Assembly: GCA_977030845.1 (NCBI GenBank)
Contig: OZ365114.1
Coordinates: 21,886,001-21,950,000, forward strand
From: Fimbriosthenelais zetlandica
Lineage: Eukaryota
Direction of reading: 5' to 3'
DNA: 64,000 nt
Shown here piece after piece: positions 1 through 11,060 of the stretch (its first letter is position 1; the number at the start of each line of letters is the position of its first letter). Below the pieces are notes generated by a model that saw only the letters and a list, made by a program, of their open reading frames with translations, did no database searches and was not told the origin of the DNA. A program made the translations under genes and the position numbers.

Positions 1-383
1 ACTTTTCATAAAACATTTGTCATTTTAAGTGTACATCAGATGTATACTGTATCTTCTCTATGGAAAATTGTATCTCATTATTTACACAACACTATTATTT
101 CCGCCAGACAATATTTAAACGTGTGCAAAGGAAATTCAAAATGATCTTATAGGAGGTATAAGGTACTGGCAAATGTGCACTGGCAGTGGTTCGTGAAAAA
201 TGATACTGCCACACAACAAGGAAATCAAACAGCACCAGCCCTCCTCTAATACCTTTTCAGAGTTTTTGTGAGGTGTAGAGAGTACTTGTGAGATGAGTGG
301 AGTGCTTTGTATGGAGGTGGCAGTAAGGTTTGGGACCTGGCCGTGTCTTGGTGTTTACATCGCCTGGCTGTCACTCTGTCTTG

Positions 384-399
384 TATATATATATATATA
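384..399. repeat. (TA)8 microsatellite
   Basis: tatatatatatatata. Confidence 0.9.
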
Positions 400-3300
400 G
401 TCTGTGCCACCTTCAATAAGGGAATACTTTCTATATTTTGAGTTCAGGATTCACAACCAACATGAGTTGGCAAAGGATGTCTCAAAGTTTGGTTTTGTGT
501 GTATATTTAGACAAACAAGACTCTAAAAATCTCCAAACTTTATATAATCTGTGGCATTTAAAGAAAACCACAAATGGAGATATGGGCTCACATCCGAGTC
601 TGAGGAGGTGATATCCTCCTATTCACAGACAGCGCATCAATCCCAGGCCCTAAAGAGCACCAAAATCCATATCTCAGTTTATCATAATGACAACACAAGA
701 TTGTCCCATGCACTCAGTTCCCCCGTCCACCCCCTCCACATCCTGCCTGAACAGATTACCAGGCTTCACTGCCATGGTTATTCATCAGTCTCTCCTCATT
801 ATCATTTCCTTTTGGCAAGAAGGACTGGATTCCTGGTTCCGCAACAAAAGAGGGAGATTCGTCATTGGGGTTTTCATGATGAGGCCTGGCAATAAGTGTC
901 ATTTTTTATACTACTGCCTCCTGGTTGGTCATATCAATGACCGATTATACTCTGTGTCACCTTGTGTTAAGGCTAGGGCACCAATAGGCTAGGTGTGAGG
1001 GGATTATAATGTAACTAACTGTACATCAGTTTTCAAAGAATATAGAGTAGCATCAGTGTAGGTGGGAAGAAATATGATCAGGGTTCACTGAGTACTGCTA
1101 GACAATGCCACATGAAATATAATTCTGTAATGAAACACCTTTCTGTAGACAATCTATTATAATATCCAACAAAATGACTGCAGTCTGTCTGTACTTGTGA
1201 ACTTAATATGAACCTCCATTCCCTCAATGTGAAGGCAGATTTATAAAAGTTAATGACAGTCCTTGCACTGTGTATCCTACAAAAATCACAGCAGTTCCCA
1301 CATTGAATGTCATAAACTTATGGGAGCAATTTCCTCTGTACTTGTTCCTTTGATTTATCTGTTAAAACAACACTTTTTGCATAATAAGGTGCCGGCGGGG
1401 TTGGGGGATGATTATTGAATCAATATGACGATAAGGTCCACATTTTACACCCGGTGCCGGGTCAAACCCCTGCCGTAGGATATAAAGGCTAACACCAGCC
1501 CTGCCCACGACCGTGGCTGAACCGCCTCCCACGGGGAGAAAAGCTTAAACACGGGGGTCAAATCTACATAAATCTAATCAAGCTGAAATGGACGAATGGG
1601 AATATTTGCAAGGGAATAAATAAGCATGGGGTTCCTCCCTCAGGGTGCTTCAGTGTGTAGCGGGGGTATCGGCCGCCTCCTCCGGCCATCTGCCCTCTTC
1701 CATTAGCCCACCTTCCTGTCCTTAAACCACATGAACTTATGACTTTTAACGTGAGCTCACTTTATAGCCAATATAAAACATCTATATTTGAGTCCATGGG
1801 TTAAGGTGGTTTCTTACCCACTTTACACTAATTAGTCACGGAGATCAAGCCTGAACTGTAAACCGTTCTACATGGCTGGACATAAAAAGGATTATTTCCG
1901 CCAAATTAAGGCTGATCAAATTAATCCTGTTTGATTAATACCTGGTTCACACAGATGTGACGATGTGACAGGATAAACCGTGAACCCATCTCGGCATCTG
2001 TTTCCTTCCTAAACTCTAATAAACATTTACAAATGATTTGTGGCGTTTTACACCATGAAATAGCCCAGGAAACATGGAGCAGCTGGGGATGTGGTAAATG
2101 AATATTTCCCTCATCTGTCCAGCCTATAAATGATTGTTGGTAGATTGACTCAATAGACGGCATTTGGTGAATGAAGGCAGTTATATTGTTGTGCCTTGGT
2201 CCAGTGGTTGACAATGACACGAGTTGTCAAACACCAGAGCCTTTGTGACAGACAATAGCTTAATGTCATTATTAAAGCTGCCCATTCATTAAAGTCTGGC
2301 CTTCAATCAAGGCCAGGGGTTCGTCAATGTCCTGCCTGCAAATTTTGTGGATATCCAATTAGAAATGATATCACATTTAAGATTTTAACCAATTATTTGA
2401 TAGCATTTATTTCTATGATAGTCAGCTGCATGATGCATGCATGTTGGTGTTCTCAGTACACACGTACTAAAGCCCCATTATAGTGTCAGCAGACAACGAG
2501 GGTCTATTTGGTAAATGTTTTTCGCCAAACGAGTTCATCCCTAAACAGCCACCACAATTTCATCCTTATACACGCTAACCACAATAGTCCAAACACTTTC
2601 TAACAACTGTATTTCACGGAATCCAAAACAAAGACAGCTTTTTATGCGGCCTTTCTAATGTGTCCAATTTATACCATTCACCCCCTCCTCTTTTTCTACC
2701 CTAAAAACATGACATCACTAGGCATACGTCTATTTGCCTTTTTGGCCCACTTTGATGTCCATCATTATGTGATTTATTATGGCGTTATAAATGGTTAACC
2801 CTGAGTACAGGGCTTTGTCTTTGACTATGGATTTGTATGATGGTGGGGGGTAGCATGGTATATGTATACTCTTTACCAACTCCACTATAATACCCAGTCA
2901 GTATACACAACTCCCCAAACTAGATGGCAATGAATATAGGTATGCTTATACAGAGCTGATTGTCTGCTTGACAGACACAGGGCTGCAGGGCAAGGTCATG
3001 TCCGAGTCTCACACTGTGTTCTTCTCATATTAAAAATGATGTCTGAATAATGGAAACAATGACCCCAACCTATTGGATTTGTCATGGCCAATGTCTTCTC
3101 AATGAGTCACATCATTTAGAGGAACATGTTTGTTCTCCTCAGTTTCAGTGACTGAGAATTTTACTTCAAATTCTCAAATTAAATATATTTATATCAAAAT
3201 ACTATAATTCATTTTAAAGAACATGTATATATGCTCTCCTGATCTCAGCATGAATGATTTTGTACTCGACTCTAGGCCTATACATACACCAGACTAAAGT

Positions 3301-3511
3301 ACATGTTGGAGTGTGGCTGATTTTTGATCATAGTATTATTGACATTGCAGTCCCATTCCCCGCCAGCTTTTTAGTAATGAATCTGGATCACAGTGCTCAC
3401 ATGGGCAAAATGCATGGCCAAATTAGGTAGGAGGAAAAGAATGCCACTGCCATCGCTTCTTGGCACCCCACTGATAACAAGTCATTGATCCCTGACCTGG
3501 CACACCAGCAG

Positions 3512-3696
3512 TGATGTCACAGCCCACGTGGCTGCTACAAATCGCTGCTTGTTTTTGCGACATATACATGCCAATTTCTAGCACATCGCAATTGCTGTAA
3601 AGTGACCAAGTGCACGTAAACTTGTTGGGGATTCCTGCAGGGCCTTCCTGTCATCCAGAGAAACGGAGATGAAATTATTTTTTTTCTGAGGTAACC
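3512..3696 (+). promoter_or_regulatory. Possible promoter/first exon of the mucin-like gene
   Basis: TGATGTCA (3512) and E-box CACGTG (3525), followed by donor-like GAG|gtaacc at 3690/3691. Motif evidence only. Confidence 0.2.
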
Positions 3697-6120
3697 ACCT
3701 GTTTTATCATTCATGCTCGTCATATTGAGTCATTCCACACATCCCGTCTACTGGCCTTTGTGGGTGAGAGCCTGCTTTAATAGTTTAAATGTTCACATAT
3801 ACGGGTGGATGAGTGAAGTGTGTGCTCATTTATATAAGGCCAACCAGCAAACAAAGTATATTTCCATTCAATATTTGCTTTCCTTCAATTGATATGAAGA
3901 TTTACTTAAACCCTGATATTTAACATAGCAGAGAGGATTCATATACACCCTCTAATTCCTGAAATATACGACATACACTAATATCATTCATAGTGTATTA
4001 ATACTCATTAAATAGTGAGTAAGATGAATAGTATAAACCCATCTTCATATCAGACCACACCTATATAATGCTTAAATTGTGGCATTTTGGTTACAAAACC
4101 AAATAGCCTTACGACCTTTCCGTCCTAACCAGACAGTCAATTATCTCAAATTCCCAGTCTTCCCCTTTCAGTTACCCCCATGGTTTGTGTCACTTAATTT
4201 CTCCATTGTCTAATATAGGAGTCATTATTTCAGACTTTTTCTACTGTCAGGGTGATATTTTTGTGAGGGTTACAACCCATCTAAAATAAGTTACCGGGCT
4301 TTCATATAGTCTTCACTGTGGAGTAGGGGGAGGGACAAACTAGACTATTCTGACAGTCAAAGTGAGCTAATTTGAGGGTGAGATATACAATGACTATTTG
4401 ATCCAGGCCCCTGTGAAAGGGAGAAATAACAAGGACCGAGTACAATAAAGGCGAAAACCCTCAAATTCATTTCCATTCATGACATTTTTAAAAGGACACA
4501 GAAAAAATTGACATGTGTCACTCTGAAACTATGAAATACACACAATTTAATATTGAAAAATCTCCACTTATTTCAACAAATGGGAAATATACCAAAGAGT
4601 CAAAGTGCGAACAGTAGTAAAGGAATGTAAAAGCCATTCTTATGGGTCAACTTTCATGGGACTTTCACGCATATCAGTAGGGGATAATGATCATGTTCCA
4701 TGTTTTCAAAAGGACTGTGCGTATTAAATCTCAGTCATTTGCCAAATTAGAGTAGCAAATCTTAAAGCTACCTGAGAGATCACAGCCAGGAGAGGAGACT
4801 AAGGCTCAGAGAACTACATAATTGCTGCGTGAAAGGTCTCCCTCCACCAAACCTCTGGTGAAATTACGTGTTCATGGTTTTAATACGCACGTTTAATATA
4901 TTACACCAGTGTTTTGTCATTTGAAGTGAACCAGGCTCACAGGGCTGATCCAACACTCAACTCTTACACCTGTCAGTAGGTGTGTGAATGTGTGAGAGTT
5001 AATGGGTGTATCTCAGTGACCACGTCTCTACCTCATCTTAGTGTGCAGTCATTGTCTACATAAACAGTCACCACTTTACTTGCAGGCCACAGGAGAATCT
5101 TACAGCAGGAGAAAGCAACAATTATTACTGTTGCATTAAGTCCCTGTGCACAGATTTTTTTATTTGAAAGGACATATTTGGGATTCACAATTTCGCTAAG
5201 ACCACGCTGGAAATCTACCATTGAGGGATAGGTGTAAATAGGGCGGTATTTCACATACATAGGCAGATTCACTTGTGAAGTGCAATTGGCTGGTATTAGA
5301 TAGGTGGTTAATAGTTGCATTTCTCCAGCAACCAACAGATGTCACCCTCTACATGCCCCAGGTATATCCCCGCACTAAATTGTATCTTTTTATGTAAACT
5401 ACATTGCAATTATTTATGCATGACGAGTTCAAAACAAAGATCTCCACTCATGGAAAGGAGTTGCACAAGGATAATAGAAAGTAAACATTTGGATTGAAGT
5501 AGAAATATCGATTGAAATTTGAATAATTAAAACGCTGGCATTTTATGGGGTTGCAACACAGAAGGGTGAAAGGTTTCAGTTCACGTAATGCATGCATTTT
5601 TGAACACATTTCCATTATCTGGGTCGTCCCTGCATGTCTTGGTAGTTAATTGTCTCTGGTTAGAAGGTCAAGGTAGCCTGCTCCTTCCCTGTCCTTCCCA
5701 TTAACCAACAAAGCAAATAGCCTTGGGTGAAGTTCACCAGTATAACGGGGAACCACTGGCGGAACAATAGGCTTGATTATCTGATCAGCACTTAGAGGCA
5801 AAGGCTTTAATACCATACCTTAAAGATACACCGCCATTAGGTTTAGGCTTGTGGCATTACCAAGATAATTTACTAAGGATTACAGGAGGGATAAACTAAG
5901 TTAATATGACATACTTAAGTGTTTGACAACCTTAAGTGGATAACAATCAGAATTTAAAGTTCCTCACTCAAAGATCATGATTTCCTCTGTATAAGTAAGC
6001 ATCTAGTTGACATCTATATGAGGGATCAAATTTATGTGATGATTCCACACCTCCTGGTATGTCACATGATATAAACACATGCCTGTCATAACTAGCATTG
6101 TTTATGTAACTTGTTGTTAA

Positions 6121-6147
6121 TTAACTTTGTTTCATTTTCTCTCACAG
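6121..6147 (+). other. 3' splice site of a 5'-UTR intron of the mucin-like gene
   Basis: ttaactttgtttcattttctctcacag: branch-like TTAAC, long pyrimidine tract and CAG. The exon would start at 6148, 108 nt before the ATG. Confidence 0.8.
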
Positions 6148-6255
6148 AGCTGCGTGAGAATTACGACACATCAGAGGCCAGGGGTGCATGCCAGGCGAGA
6201 GAGGAGTATATGATAGCAGTGTGTGAGGACTAACTGGTGGATAGCGGACATAACC

Positions 6256-7827
6256 ATGGCTCGCTCCTGGCTTGTACTGGTGGTGGCTGTTATAGTGGCT
6301 CTAACCCATCTTACACCATCAATACACTCAGCCCCAGTACCAGAGGAAAATTCACAAAATGAATTAACATCGTCAGGTGATTCTGTAGATCCTGGACCTA
6401 CTATTCCCCTTGATAAATTAGAAGAAAACGAGTATGAGATTGTGCAGGAATCTAAACCAACACCTGCCATCATCTACAGTACCATGACCCCTGCGGTCAA
6501 GAAGTTCACAACAGCCTCCACCACCTTGCCCCCAGTGCCCCCAACCACCACCTACCCAACGATCCCACCCAGGACGTCAGTCATGCATATAGTTATGCTG
6601 GAAACTACCGTTGAGCCTCTAGTCAAAGTAGATCTGGTGCAATCCTCAACAAAGTCTTCCTCTGAGACCTCACCGCCTACCGTTCCCTTCACAACTGTGT
6701 CTGTTGAAGAGGCAGCTGTGGAGGATGGCAAAAGTACAACTTTAAGTCCAGTCTTAAGTACAACAGAAGCAGGACCCCTCCTGGTAGGAATTGGTGACAA
6801 AGTGGAAGATAAATCCACACTAGCTTCCACTACAGTTGAAGGCACCACTAAAGTGTCAACAGCGGGAGTGACAGATGAGGATGATGATGCCATCATGGTG
6901 GAGGTGGAATCAGAGGTGACTGAGAAAGTGGTTCTGGCCAGCTCATCCACCTCCCCACCAAGTACAACAAAGCCTGCTGAAGATGACGGTGGTATCATGG
7001 TAGATGTAGTCACTGTGGACACAAAACCAAAGAGCAGTACACAAAATGAAGTACCCTCAACCCAACCAACAACCACTACCAGCCTCCCAACAGAGAGCAC
7101 TGTGGCCTCAACACCGGAAAGTGTGGTCAAAGTAGAGGTAATAGACACTAACACAGTACAATCTAGCCCGGCCACCAGCACGACTGCCGAGAAGACCACT
7201 GAGGACGAGGGAGTCGTGGTGATACCAGTGGACAAATCCAGCCTCCCCGAGGAGAACAAATTAGAGAAGAATGACACCACCAAGATCGTCCACTCCACCA
7301 AGACGGGAGAAGATGAGCAGCAAGCTACTGTTACCACATCACAGGGTGTTCTTAAAGGTAGTGAAGGGGTGGTGAAGCATACTAAATATGGCGTCCAGAG
7401 TAATCTGATCACTGATCCACCAGCTACCCCAGAGGTGGAGGTGGATGATAGCAATGTGAACGCCACACTTATAGGTGAAAGTAAACAGGGTGGATTATCG
7501 TATGCTGCGAGGACTGGTATAGCCATGGGGTGTATAGTGGGCTTCTGGATCATCATTGGTCCACTAGTGTGTCTTATCTGTAAAATGCGTGATAAGAAAC
7601 GAGATAAGAAAGAGAAGGAGGAGCGCGACGCCCGTGAGAAGGCTAACAATTCGTTAGTTGAGGAAATGGTCAAGGCAGAACTACAAAAGACGCCGAATGG
7701 TGATAAGAAGAAAATGTACAATGATGATAAACATGACGATGGGGAGATCGAGCCAATCACCATTGGGGACTCAGATTCTATGCCTTATATTGATGCTGAT
7801 GCAAACTCAAGGGATACAGCACTATAG
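6256..7827 (+). CDS. Mucin-like type I transmembrane protein (523 aa; sialomucin, podocalyxin/CD34-like architecture), single coding exon
   Basis: Kozak ACCATGG at 6256 (the track ORF starts at an upstream GTG). Signal peptide MARSWLVLVVAVIVALTHLTPSIHSA, then a ~400-aa Thr/Ser/Pro/Val/Glu-rich Cys-free ectodomain with NDT and NAT sequons. One TM helix (TGIAMGCIVGFWIIIGPLVCLIC, 7513-7581), basic juxtamembrane KMRDKKRDKK, C-terminus DTAL. Confidence 0.92.
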   Translation: MARSWLVLVVAVIVALTHLTPSIHSAPVPEENSQNELTSSGDSVDPGPTIPLDKLEENEYEIVQESKPTPAIIYSTMTPAVKKFTTASTTLPPVPPTTTYPTIPPRTSVMHIVMLETTVEPLVKVDLVQSSTKSSSETSPPTVPFTTVSVEEAAVEDGKSTTLSPVLSTTEAGPLLVGIGDKVEDKSTLASTTVEGTTKVSTAGVTDEDDDAIMVEVESEVTEKVVLASSSTSPPSTTKPAEDDGGIMVDVVTVDTKPKSSTQNEVPSTQPTTTTSLPTESTVASTPESVVKVEVIDTNTVQSSPATSTTAEKTTEDEGVVVIPVDKSSLPEENKLEKNDTTKIVHSTKTGEDEQQATVTTSQGVLKGSEGVVKHTKYGVQSNLITDPPATPEVEVDDSNVNATLIGESKQGGLSYAARTGIAMGCIVGFWIIIGPLVCLICKMRDKKRDKKEKEERDAREKANNSLVEEMVKAELQKTPNGDKKKMYNDDKHDDGEIEPITIGDSDSMPYIDADANSRDTAL

Positions 7828-7977
7828 TACGTAATGAGTGCTAGGAAACCTTTAGGTATTATTTTGTGCTTATGTTTTATTAGATGACTTTAAAACTTTG
7901 GTTTTGTAACTGCTTGTCAGTTTGTGAATCTCTCCAGGAGGTATGATGTCCAACTGCGCTTCCAGTCCAGAACACTT

Positions 7978-7983
7978 AATAAA
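7978..7983 (+). terminator. Proximal polyadenylation signal candidate of the mucin-like gene
   Basis: AATAAA ~150 nt after the stop codon. Confidence 0.35.
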
Positions 7984-9599
7984 TACGATCCTCACTCTCT
8001 TGAACTGGGACAGTTATCAATGACGAGGCAAACTGGAGCTAGCACTTCAATATATTATATGGATGCAAATTTTAAGGCAAATTGTCATTATCATTGATGT
8101 AGTTACAATGAAAACAATGAACATTTTCTATAATCACATGAGTGCATTAAGACCTGCCCAATGTTGGGCCTCCAAGCTTTAGCCATTGAGCAAAGTGCAT
8201 GTTTTGTATTCTAGTGATAGATCCATTTTTGCAATATATTTATGTTCTATCTACCATATTGGAGGCCATAGCCTTCAAGGGAAACCTATGCACACGGAGA
8301 AAGTTACAAAGCTTCTGATGGAGTCCAGGTAGGGAAAGTATAGCGTTTACTATGCACTCAAATAATGTGTATTCACCACTACTGTAACGGTGATTTTGTG
8401 ATAAATGAAGCCTTTATAAAAGAGAAGATTTTTTTTGTTTTCATATGGGGCAGGATGTGGCATTATGATGTACAGTCCAGGAGAAAATCTTCTCTAGGGA
8501 AGCTTAATTTGACAGAAGTTATTTTGAATAAGTTTCAAATACTCGGATTACAAAATTATCCCTTTGTCCTGGATCAACAGTGCACAAAGTGCTTTTTACT
8601 GTAACCATCTATGCATGCAGCATCCAGGCTGGCTGACTGTACATCCAAAATATCAAATAAGATAAGTGTCCAATTCCGTGCTTATTGATAGCAAATGGAG
8701 CAAGGAAATGTTTGTAACATGTAGATACTGTAGATACGTGACAAGGAGTGAATATGAGTGATTGTAAGATTGAGTATAAATAGAATGTGTGAGTATCTCA
8801 GTCATGTGGCATTGTCATAGTTTGTGTAGTTATTTCGTTATAAATGTTCCAACTGCAAGTACAGCTGGCGTTTTCCAATGTTAGCAAATAGAATATATAT
8901 AATTATATAATAGTCTGACACCTCTCCCTATCATCACCCAATATTATGTCACTCAATGTAAATATTACCAGAACTGAGATGCTTTCCTTTGCCTATTACA
9001 TAAGGCCATTGTATAGTTCACAGGATTGTTGCTAAAAGCCAAAAATATAAGTCCGTAAGCAATCTTGCCAGAAAAGCATGTATACGTCCCACTTGCTATG
9101 AAAAGCTCAGAATGAACTGATTTTTTTCTCCGCAGATAGAAAATATTCGCCAATGGATATTTGATTCAAAGGATCATGTGTCATGAAGAGGGCCAATAGG
9201 TTACTTTTTAGAAAGAGATGAATGGAACTTACAATGAGTGAAAGGTCATATATATTATATTATATATTCTCATCATCCTGTATGTTTGTAATTTGCGTTT
9301 GCAATAAAAGACATTAGCAGTTTAGACATTAATACTAAGTCAATGGGTACATGTCAGTTGATGAGAATGGTGAAGCAGCATCTCAAGCTTGTTTTCTTAT
9401 CCCTATTGATCTATCCCAGTTGGGTATGTTTTATGTTCGTTCAACTATGGATTTGATATTTTCATATCAAATAAACCTACAACTATTTATGCACCAAATT
9501 GTTTTGTGTGTATACGCACTTTGTAAGTACAATTTCTCAACTCCATGTTTTTCTATCCATAATTGCCTAAATGTCTGATTTATTTTATGTAAGTCAACA

Positions 9600-9656
9600 A
9601 ATAAAAGTTGGTATTAAAGATGAAAAATAATAATATTAGGATTCGTGTGGTTATTT
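9600..9656 (+). terminator. Distal polyadenylation signal candidate (~1.8-kb 3' UTR)
   Basis: AATAAA at 9600 followed by ATTAAA and a GT-rich element (ttcgtgtggttattt). The intervening 7830-9600 is AT/T-rich like a 3' UTR, with another AATAAA at 9303. Confidence 0.45.
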
Positions 9657-10987
9657 ATGCAAAGGGAGGAGATATTTCTCCATAGATCAGGCCTGGCGTT
9701 GATAATATCCAGGGGGTTATGTGGTTTCATCAGATTTCCGTGAGTCACGGATTACAACCACAAGCTAATAATATTACTGAAATGTTGTCACTTCTTTTTT
9801 ATCAAGATCTTTCCCATATCAATCAATGAAAGTCTCTTATCAAGAGACTAATTTATATAGAGTACCTCCAAATTATGAGTGAGACCGAACAGGGCAGTAA
9901 TGAATGAGGAATAACAATAGGGGATCAATCTGTAAGAAACATTCTGATATCCAGAGCTTTTATAAGTAGGTGTGAATAAGTAGATATGGTAGTGGCATGT
10001 GTAATATGATTCTGATCTTTATAACATCAGTCTGTCATGCCAGTCTAACATGTTACAAATATATAGGGGCGGGTTGACAGGCTAGAGGATCAGGAGGGGG
10101 AGGACAGTCACTGAATGAGGTAACTGGAGGTTAAACTGGTGGTGAGAGATCACCTTGACAACCTCCCACCCTGTCAGGTGACACCTACCTCACACCCTCA
10201 TTATACACCCTCAAGTCACACCTTTCAAATGACATCTTGACCTCAGAACCCCACTACCTCCAGCTATCAAATTGTAGCTGTTAATTGATGAGATAACTCT
10301 TAGAGGATATACCTAGAAAACGTCAAGTATTGACTTACAATACATTGCTTTACGGGGCATTATATTTGAAATGAATTTGTTGGAAATGGAATAGGTTGAG
10401 AGCCTATATTATGGATGTATGGTAGGCCATAGGTTAGGTTAACATAATACATTACCCCCTAAAAGAAACATTTAACATCCAACCCTATACAAGCGGCAAC
10501 ACAATAAAAGTCATCTTAAGAACCCCGTCTTTCACCAGCAACATCTATGTTGAAAGGCATTCAAACAGACAGGGAGACCCCTAACAGAAAGTGCTAGTGA
10601 AACAGGTCCGTGACACTGCTATTGAGCGTCTTCCACGTAACAGGAGCTCGTAAGTAGGGCCGTGAGCCTTTCACAGTACAATAGGATGTACAATCCTCTC
10701 AGTGGAATGCGTATAAATGCATCACTGACACAGACCATTTTCCTTCTTAAAGAGAAACAAGATATATAGAAAAAATATGACTGGAACCAAACAAAAACAC
10801 ATGCCATAGGTTGCCGCTTGTAGGGGTAAGGTCTGTGAGTATTATACCTGATTATAACTGACATTCAACGGTCAAGTACAGAGATGCGGATATATTGGGT
10901 AATCCACTCACATTCTTAAGTTTCGGCATTGATTTTGTTATTTTAAAAATATATGGAAAAGAAAAATAAGATGGAAAACAGACTTAC

Positions 10988-11060
10988 AGTTCGGTTCGAG
11001 AAAGCAGGCTAAACAAGTGAAGGAAGTTGTGCTTACCTGAAATGAAAGAAAGACATCATT
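10988..11060 (-). other. Candidate recursive splice site (ratchet point) with 49-nt RS-exon
   Basis: Minus strand gtctttctttcatttcag|GTAAGC at 11037/11036, with a second donor ACT|gtaagt after 10988. Confidence 0.65.

Noticed and set aside
1389-1700. GC-rich segment with CCG-CCTCCCA-CGG resembling an HDV-like ribozyme P3/L3, and a B-box-like GGGTCAAACCCC
   Set aside because: No complementary P1 strand and no tRNA A-box found. Possibly a repeat fragment, but the family could not be identified without a database.
3452-3464. ATCGCTTCTTGGC resembling the U2 snRNA 5' end
   Set aside because: Similarity stops after 13 nt; no branch-recognition or Sm site follows.
4959-5010. Imperfect hairpin (AACTCTTACAC...GTGTGAGAGTT), pre-miRNA-like
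   Set aside because: Short, bulged stem with alternative pairings and no match to conserved miRNAs I know.
6552-7763. 403-aa minus-strand ORF (and 6171-6473)
   Set aside because: Antisense shadow of the Thr/Ser/Val-rich mucin CDS, which has few antisense stops. No domain or independent start context.
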